Below are positions 57,796 through 64,000 of a DNA stretch of 64,000 nucleotides, piece after piece. The notes beneath the pieces were generated by a model that made no database searches, was not told the origin of the DNA, and saw only the letters and a program-made list of their open reading frames with translations. Source of the stretch: Syntrophales bacterium (GTDB lineage Bacteria; Desulfobacterota; Syntrophia; Syntrophales; PHBD01). Each line of letters begins with the position of its first letter. The stretch's first letter is position 1. The DNA lies in assembly GCA_963668175.1 (NCBI GenBank), contig OY764159.1:4224001-4288000 (forward strand). Direction: 5' to 3'. The position numbers and the translations under genes were made by a program.

Positions 57796-59652
57796 TTATC
57801 CTCGGCTGTTTTCGATGAACTGGAACCAATATTCAAGATTCAGCAACTGCCAGAGAAACATCATGTGGTTTTCCTTCGTCTCCCGGTTTTCAACGATTCT
57901 CTGGTGCTCCCTGACGATATTCATAACTGCGGATATATTATAAACGCCTCTCTCCTGGAAGCGTTTCGTATGGATCATATCCATCAGGAGTTCCTGACCT
58001 CCGTTTGAGAACCAAACGTGAGCCGGAGCGTTCCATCCGGTCTTTTTTATCCTGCATCGCGTGGTTTCCGGCAGAATGTCCTTCATCGCCTCCCTTAAAA
58101 GTATCTTGGTGACCCCGTCCCTGATCTTTAGCGCTCCGGGGATGCGAAACATAAACTCGACGAGGCGGTAATCCAGAAAGGGTTCAAAATGGGAAAGCCC
58201 GGCAGCCTCGGCCTGCCTGTCCTCCGCCCTCAGGCAGCACGGCATTGTTTCCCGGGTTATATCCTGGAACGTCCTGTTCTTCAGAAAACTTTTAAAGGGA
58301 TGTTCCATCACCGGCTCAAATTTTTCGAGCGGATAATAATCCCTGTTGACCGTATGGACATATTTATTCATCCGGTTGCGTTCCGGCTTGCATGTACCAG
58401 GAAGAGACAGGTCCGTACATCTGGAAAGGTAATCATTGACGACGGATTCGTTTTTTCTGAATATCGGATGATCATGATACTCCACCCATTTGCCGATTTC
58501 CCTCGACAGCTGCTCTTCCTCGCCCCGCGTTTTCAGGTCGGCAAAATGGTAGAAGAAGTATTCATACTCGCCGGCGTTCAATTCATCTCCGCCGAGACCG
58601 CCGAACAACGATCCGAATCCCTCCTCCGCTGCCTTCCCGCATAACAGGAAGTGGGAAAGCCATGTGGCCGTTGCAACGGGTTCGTCGTTTGCGGCTATCA
58701 TTTTCGGGACCACATCCCGAAGGTCCGGGATACCGATTTCGATGGAGTACCATCGCTCGACGTATGACTCCAGGATTGTCCGGATATCCTCCGACTCATC
58801 GTAGGTCTTGTCTTCGTACGTAGTCGATAACGCCATCTGTTTCCTGCCGTTTATCCGTGATGAGGCGGCAAGTATCGAAGAAGAGTCCATGCCTCCGGAT
58901 AAAGTGAAGGCAGGCTTATGGGCCTTGGCGTACCTTATCTTTACGGCATCGAAAAGCAGGGAGCGATACTGTTCCGCAAGATCCTTTTCCGTCCCGGCAA
59001 AATCGGGTACTTCATGCAATATCCAGTAGCGTTCCGTTTCGATGCGTGTTCCATCCCATTTCAGAATTCTACCGGCCGGCAGCTGCCTGATTTCTTCGAA
59101 AGGTGTACCTTCCTGATCGTTATCGAAATATCGATAGTGCGACCCGGCGAAAAGTGCGACATATTTTCGGTTTGCAGCACAATTGACGCCAGGCAGCCCC
59201 AGAAACGACGTGAGTCGGGAGGAGAAAGCCAAGCAACCGTTTTTTTGTAAGTAATACAGTGGCTTGATGCCAAGCCGATCCCGCGCCAGCCACAGGAGCC
59301 CTGTGTCTGCATCATACAAGGCAATGGCAAAATCCCCGTTGATCCGTTCCGCGGCATTTCGAAATCCATGCTTCCTGTAAAGCTCATAGAACAGAGCGAC
59401 ATCCGGTTCCGTCCCATATTCATCAAATTCACGCGCGTTGTATATATAGCCGTCCATGGCGATGATCACGCCGTCTGAGTCCAGCGGTCGGCATCCCATC
59501 TCCAATCCGGACCAGCCGAAGGAGGCGCATTTAGACGCCATCGTTTGTCGTTTTTCGGCGGGTTGCTGACGGACCCTTTGCATCATGAGTTGGAGCGCTC
59601 GTGAATTGCGCTCGGGCCCTTCTTCACTCACGTAACCGTATATTCTCGACAT
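57796..59652 (-). CDS. Asparagine synthase-like ATP-dependent amide ligase lacking the N-terminal catalytic Cys
   Basis: Starts MSRIYG; DGYIYN, RDRLGIKP, LSGGMDS, GGDEL, PFLDYR. Confidence 0.85.
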   Translation of the reverse strand: MSRIYGYVSEEGPERNSRALQLMMQRVRQQPAEKRQTMASKCASFGWSGLEMGCRPLDSDGVIIAMDGYIYNAREFDEYGTEPDVALFYELYRKHGFRNAAERINGDFAIALYDADTGLLWLARDRLGIKPLYYLQKNGCLAFSSRLTSFLGLPGVNCAANRKYVALFAGSHYRYFDNDQEGTPFEEIRQLPAGRILKWDGTRIETERYWILHEVPDFAGTEKDLAEQYRSLLFDAVKIRYAKAHKPAFTLSGGMDSSSILAASSRINGRKQMALSTTYEDKTYDESEDIRTILESYVERWYSIEIGIPDLRDVVPKMIAANDEPVATATWLSHFLLCGKAAEEGFGSLFGGLGGDELNAGEYEYFFYHFADLKTRGEEEQLSREIGKWVEYHDHPIFRKNESVVNDYLSRCTDLSLPGTCKPERNRMNKYVHTVNRDYYPLEKFEPVMEHPFKSFLKNRTFQDITRETMPCCLRAEDRQAEAAGLSHFEPFLDYRLVEFMFRIPGALKIRDGVTKILLREAMKDILPETTRCRIKKTGWNAPAHVWFSNGGQELLMDMIHTKRFQERGVYNISAVMNIVREHQRIVENRETKENHMMFLWQLLNLEYWFQFIENSRG

Positions 59653-59655
59653 GTC

Positions 59656-60351
59656 TCAACCTGTGTTCTTTCTTGCAATCAAAAATTCCCAATAGTGAGG
59701 GTAATCGATCACCATTTGCGGTTTTCCGCCTGAAAAGCGGTCCTCGGCAAATTCCACGGAAAAACAGTAGGACTCTATGAAGGTTTTTAATTCCATCCTC
59801 GGGTAGGCGTTTATATGAACCTTCAGTTCCACGTCGCCATCGAGGTATTTATCCACGACGTATAAATATTCCGGAATCTCCTTAATCGACTCGCGAAGAA
59901 CGACCGTCTTTCTTGCACATTTCAACATCCGTTCAAGATAACGCGGGTAGTTGTCCAGGTAAGTCAGAACATTGATGCAGACGATGTGATCGAACGACTC
60001 ATTCAGATCCTCTATTCTCATCAACTGGAGATTCTCCGCCGGAAGCCCGTACGAAGGCATCACCTTTTTACCGATCTTGATGAGTGATGCCGCTGCGTCT
60101 ATCCCGAAATAAGCTGCCAAAATGTTTCTCTTTCGCAGCGAATGGTAAAAATAGCCGCCGCCGCATCCGACATCAAGGAGGGTATCGCCCTTTTCCATAT
60201 GAGGCATCAGAAGCTCCAGGGCCTGCTGATGACACGTCATCTCCTCGGCCTCAAGACGGCAGCGTCTCGCATAGAGTTCCCGAAGGCTCCGGCTGTTCTC
60301 CCAGGTGGAGTATTTGGCCCAGCCCTTTTTGTTTATGGTCTTTCCGGCCAT
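59656..60351 (-). CDS. Class I SAM-dependent methyltransferase
   Basis: LLDVGCGGG motif I, FDHIVCINVL. Confidence 0.85.
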   Translation of the reverse strand: MAGKTINKKGWAKYSTWENSRSLRELYARRCRLEAEEMTCHQQALELLMPHMEKGDTLLDVGCGGGYFYHSLRKRNILAAYFGIDAAASLIKIGKKVMPSYGLPAENLQLMRIEDLNESFDHIVCINVLTYLDNYPRYLERMLKCARKTVVLRESIKEIPEYLYVVDKYLDGDVELKVHINAYPRMELKTFIESYCFSVEFAEDRFSGGKPQMVIDYPHYWEFLIARKNTG

Positions 60352-60357
60352 CGAGGT

Positions 60358-61164
60358 TTAAACTAAAAATGCCCTGATCGTATATTTCGTGCTGGGTTCC
60401 TGAAGTCTCACGACCGTCAAAGGAGTGAAACCGGCCTTCTTCGCCATGAGCACCGTTGAAGCAAAACTGAACACATGGATGTGATCAATGAAAAATTCTT
60501 CCCGGCCTTTTCCCTCCCGCGCAGCCATTTCGCCATCCGGCACTTCGACATAGACGAAGCCCCGAGGGGCGAGATATTTCTTCGAGTGATTCAGCATGCT
60601 GATCGGGTCATCGACATGCTCAAGGACCTTGTTGAAGGAAATGGCATCATAACACTCCGAAAGTTCTGCCGTCATGAAATCGCACTGAATCGCCCTTACA
60701 CCGACATTGGCAACGATATGCTCTACCGCCGACTTGTCCGGATCAATCGCCGTACAATTCCAGCCCGCATGTTTTATTCCATGGGGAAAAATACCCAACC
60801 CCGAACCTACATCCAGGATATGCTTTTCTGATTTTCCTCCATTCCATAAAGCATCGGCAAATTCGCTGACGGCCTTCACGCGGCCGTGATTATCGGAACG
60901 CGATGGATCGAGAGAAACGATGCGGTCGAAAGTTCGTTTGATTCCGGAACTATCGCTGTAATTTGCGTTAACGTAATTTCCTGAATAAAGGGCCTTCGTA
61001 TCCATTTTGAAGTCCGAAAAGAAGTGACCGCAGATATTGCATTGAAGCATCCGGCGAAAATAGTCTTGCCTGCTGCCGAAATCGAATCTTATTTCGCCGT
61101 CGGGCGGAGTGTCATATTCGAAAACGACCGACATGTTCTCGCTGCTGCAGATGGGACAGCTCAT
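60358..61164 (-). CDS. Class I SAM-dependent methyltransferase with N-terminal zinc ribbon
   Basis: CPIC/CNICG, LDVGSGLG, VLEHVDDP, YVEVP. Confidence 0.88.
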   Translation of the reverse strand: MSCPICSSENMSVVFEYDTPPDGEIRFDFGSRQDYFRRMLQCNICGHFFSDFKMDTKALYSGNYVNANYSDSSGIKRTFDRIVSLDPSRSDNHGRVKAVSEFADALWNGGKSEKHILDVGSGLGIFPHGIKHAGWNCTAIDPDKSAVEHIVANVGVRAIQCDFMTAELSECYDAISFNKVLEHVDDPISMLNHSKKYLAPRGFVYVEVPDGEMAAREGKGREEFFIDHIHVFSFASTVLMAKKAGFTPLTVVRLQEPSTKYTIRAFLV

Positions 61165-61562
61165 GGCGCCTCGGTCTGTATACCGTATTCTTTGATTTTC
61201 GTTTCCAGTTCTCGAAGGTGTTCCTCATTGTCCAGCCAGCATATGATCTCCAGCGGTTCCTTGCCGGCATAATCGAGGAAGAGGTCTTCCTTGCCTTCCT
61301 CGACGAGAAGAATGAAGAAGCGGTCGATCCTGTTCTTTACCAGAACCGCTTTCAAGCCGAAACTCTGGAGCCTCCCGTTTAAAGACGGCGTCGCGTAATA
61401 TCCCCACGACTTTCTGACCACGTCGTATTCCCTTCCTGCGGAAGTTACGAACGTCACTTGCTCGTCGGGTTCGAGTTGAATCTCGCCGCAGTCGCTGATC
61501 TCGATCTTCACGTCGAAACCCGCTTCGAACTTTCGCGGAGGAATATTTTGTTTGAACTTCAT
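61161..61562 (-). CDS. Hypothetical protein (133 aa)
   Basis: ATGA overlaps at both ends; PPRKFEAG, EYDVVRKSWGYYATPSLNGRL. Confidence 0.7.
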   Translation of the reverse strand: MKFKQNIPPRKFEAGFDVKIEISDCGEIQLEPDEQVTFVTSAGREYDVVRKSWGYYATPSLNGRLQSFGLKAVLVKNRIDRFFILLVEEGKEDLFLDYAGKEPLEIICWLDNEEHLRELETKIKEYGIQTEAP

Positions 61563-62680
61563 TGCCACGTCCAGTCTTCTATGAGAAAATCCGGCATCTT
61601 CCATACGCCGTCGACATATTTCCAGATGGTTGTGTTCCTGAATTTCTCGATTGTCCGGAAGAATTTCTCCGTTGTTATGCCCGCAAAAATACAGAATTTC
61701 TCGATGTCGCCGTATGGTGTCTGATCGCCCTTCCGGCGAATGATATCGATTGCATCGTCCCGGCTTAACCGCCCGTTTCTGATTTCCAGAGACAGGTTAT
61801 CAAAAAGCCTCGTAAACCCGAATTTATACCACTTCAGATAATGATGGATGGAAATGAAATCGTCATCTATATCCGCATAGTCATAGTATCCTGTTTTGGG
61901 ACCCTCCAGACTGCTCTTAAAACCATGCTCCTTCGCGACACGATACGTCACTTCAGGGTCCCACGGAAAATAATATCCTAAAAAGACGGCAAGGACGTTT
62001 TTTTCTTCAAGTTCGGAATCGCCGGGGCCAAAGTACGGAGTCAATTCCTTCTCCGACAGCTGATCATCTATCCAATCGTGTGCCGTGGTGCCATGCGACA
62101 CGCCGAATTTCTTAAGCCAGTTGCTGTCCAGCTTAAAACCCGTCAGCTCTTCTTCATCCGTTCCGTATTCAAATGCCGAATTTTCACCCCAAACGACAAG
62201 GGGAATATCGAACTTAACCGCAATCTTCAACGGTATATTGAAGAGCGCAAGGTGCATTGGAATGGCCGTACTGCCGAAGCGTTCCAGCGCCTTGAGCATG
62301 AACTTCTTTTCCACGTTCGGATTGATGCTGTAATCGATATGATCGACGCCGAGGCTTATCAGATTCTCCAGGTTCTTGCGCCCGACTACCGTCCTTGCCG
62401 GCGTCTTCCATGTAACGGCCAGAGGATGCATACCGAATTCGAGGCAGCGGACGACCTGCCACGTACTGTCTTTACCTCCGCTGACAGGTATCACACAGTC
62501 GTAGCCGCTTCCTCTTCTTTGAGCATTGCGGACGACCTCACGGAACTGTTTTTCCCGTCCAGCCCAATCGATGGTATCGTATTTTGAACCCGAACTTTTG
62601 CACGCATTGCAGACCCCGTCGTTTCCAATAATCAAGCCTGGTCTCGTGTCGGGAAGGACACATTTTAAACAATACTTCAC
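61559..62680 (-). CDS. N-acetyl sugar amidotransferase (WbuX/PseA-like)
   Basis: YCLKC, CNAC, VSGGKDS PP-loop, GEN, KFGFTR, IRNG. Confidence 0.9.
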   Translation of the reverse strand: MKYCLKCVLPDTRPGLIIGNDGVCNACKSSGSKYDTIDWAGREKQFREVVRNAQRRGSGYDCVIPVSGGKDSTWQVVRCLEFGMHPLAVTWKTPARTVVGRKNLENLISLGVDHIDYSINPNVEKKFMLKALERFGSTAIPMHLALFNIPLKIAVKFDIPLVVWGENSAFEYGTDEEELTGFKLDSNWLKKFGVSHGTTAHDWIDDQLSEKELTPYFGPGDSELEEKNVLAVFLGYYFPWDPEVTYRVAKEHGFKSSLEGPKTGYYDYADIDDDFISIHHYLKWYKFGFTRLFDNLSLEIRNGRLSRDDAIDIIRRKGDQTPYGDIEKFCIFAGITTEKFFRTIEKFRNTTIWKYVDGVWKMPDFLIEDWTWQ

Positions 62681-62692
62681 GCGGCTCCCTCA

Positions 62693-64000
62693 TCATCCGT
62701 TGATTTCATAAAACATCTTTGCATTGATAAAGCTGAACATAAACTTACTGTGGCTGTTTGGAAAGAAATCCCGATCAATCAAAGACTCTATACAATCTCT
62801 TTTGATGATATCGTAAATGGGGTTGTCTTCCAGCAAGTAATTTCGCGTATCTTCATCCTTGAAGTCGATTATCGAGTCGATGGACGCGTTAAAGCCCTTT
62901 TTCTGCCTGTCCAGACGGACTTTATCGTTCAGAATCCCTTTCATGGCTTCCCGCAGGATGTATTTCCCGAATCCGCCGACAATGAGATATTCTGCGGGAA
63001 TAGAATAAGCGAAATCAAAAAGCCGCGAGTCCAGGTACGGACTGCGGTTCTCAATGGAATATTTCATTGAATTCAAATCGTCTTCATGCAGTATCACCCG
63101 CGTTGCTTCGTGAAACAACTCATTCATCATCCTATTACGAAGAAGCGAATCACAGAAATGATGCTCCGTAAACGGTTCAAAAAAATCCCGCGTCAAATAG
63201 GTCTGAAATTCTTCACTCTCGTCAAACACATGCTTACGCATGTTCCGATCTTCCATGTAGAGATTCGGATTTCTCAAGAGCGGATTCCGGACAAATACCT
63301 GAATATTCCTTTGCCAATCCGACAGGTATTTCCCGTAATCCGGATGATTTCGTATTTCATAAAGGTGCAAAATAAAATGATCGTAATATCCCGTGAACAA
63401 TTCATCGGCGGCTGTTCCGGAAAAAGCCACACGGTATCCGCTGCCGGATATGGCTTCAGACAGCAGGGAATGCACAAAATACGTAATCGTTGCGACGGGA
63501 ACATCGTGGTATCGCACCAATTCGCGAAGTCTGCTCAACGATTGCTCATGATGAAGTTCGATCAGGGTATGCCTGCAGCCGAGGTCATTGACCGTAGCCA
63601 TAATGTTGTCATACTCGTTGTATCGCTCGTCACTCTCGATGATGGAAAAAGAGGCGATATCGCAGCCGAATTCCTTCACAGCGATCGAGACAAGGGACGC
63701 CGAGTCAATTCCGCCGCTGAGGCAAAACGCCAGGGGTACATCGGATCGAAGTCTGATTTTCACGCTTTCGATGAGCCTTTGTCTCACCCCTTCAACTGCT
63801 TCTTCAATGCTCATCTTCTCGGGGCGACATGAGGGCTCCCAATATTTCCTGAAGCTCATCCCCAGTCGCCGGTCTATTGTGAGGTTCGTCGCGTACGGTA
63901 TTTCCTCTATTTCGTTAAAAAAGGTCTCATTCTTCTTGTAAAGGGATTTGTAGCCGTTCACCAGATACCGAAGGATCTGTTTCGTATTGACGGTAAAGCT
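62693..64000 (-). CDS. asnB: Asparagine synthase-family amidotransferase; 5'-truncated by the window edge
   Basis: LRSDVPLAFCLSGGIDS, ADELFTGY, ENRSPYLD, KKGF; frame is open to 64000. Confidence 0.85.
   Translation of the reverse strand, partial: SFTVNTKQILRYLVNGYKSLYKKNETFFNEIEEIPYATNLTIDRRLGMSFRKYWEPSCRPEKMSIEEAVEGVRQRLIESVKIRLRSDVPLAFCLSGGIDSASLVSIAVKEFGCDIASFSIIESDERYNEYDNIMATVNDLGCRHTLIELHHEQSLSRLRELVRYHDVPVATITYFVHSLLSEAISGSGYRVAFSGTAADELFTGYYDHFILHLYEIRNHPDYGKYLSDWQRNIQVFVRNPLLRNPNLYMEDRNMRKHVFDESEEFQTYLTRDFFEPFTEHHFCDSLLRNRMMNELFHEATRVILHEDDLNSMKYSIENRSPYLDSRLFDFAYSIPAEYLIVGGFGKYILREAMKGILNDKVRLDRQKKGFNASIDSIIDFKDEDTRNYLLEDNPIYDIIKRDCIESLIDRDFFPNSHSKFMFSFINAKMFYEING

Noticed and set aside
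60717..60730. GGCGGTAG on the minus strand resembling an ops element
   Set aside because: Lacks the nnTG ending and lies inside a coding region rather than a leader

Overview
Bacterial window whose gene content suggests an anaerobic deltaproteobacterium (Syntrophales-like; inference). Positions 1-13.8 kb hold mixed housekeeping and small accessory genes: a radical SAM fusion, a CCA-adding enzyme, NlpC/P60, cheW, hydrolases, an RlmD-like methyltransferase, a rhomboid protease and a lipoprotein. From 13.8 kb to the window end lies the distal ~50 kb of one minus-strand surface-glycan biosynthesis locus (O-antigen, capsule or protein glycan) of about 43 genes that continues beyond 64000. The main hidden feature, missed by the ORF track, is a 71-aa glutaredoxin-fold selenoprotein gene (4930-5145) with two in-frame TGA codons, each followed by a SECIS-like hairpin, and no cysteines. 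Other notable items: a SenB-like GT4 nearby; a desulforedoxin-like domain fused to a histone-H1-like tail; an N-acetyl-sugar amidotransferase fused to an amidase-signature domain; a stand-alone GlmU acetyltransferase domain paired with a PIG-L deacetylase; a flippase/polymerase-like fusion; an AsnB lacking its catalytic Cys; and an aldolase-KdsB-B12 radical SAM module that may make an unusual CMP-ulosonate. All family calls come from visual motif recognition, not database searches.
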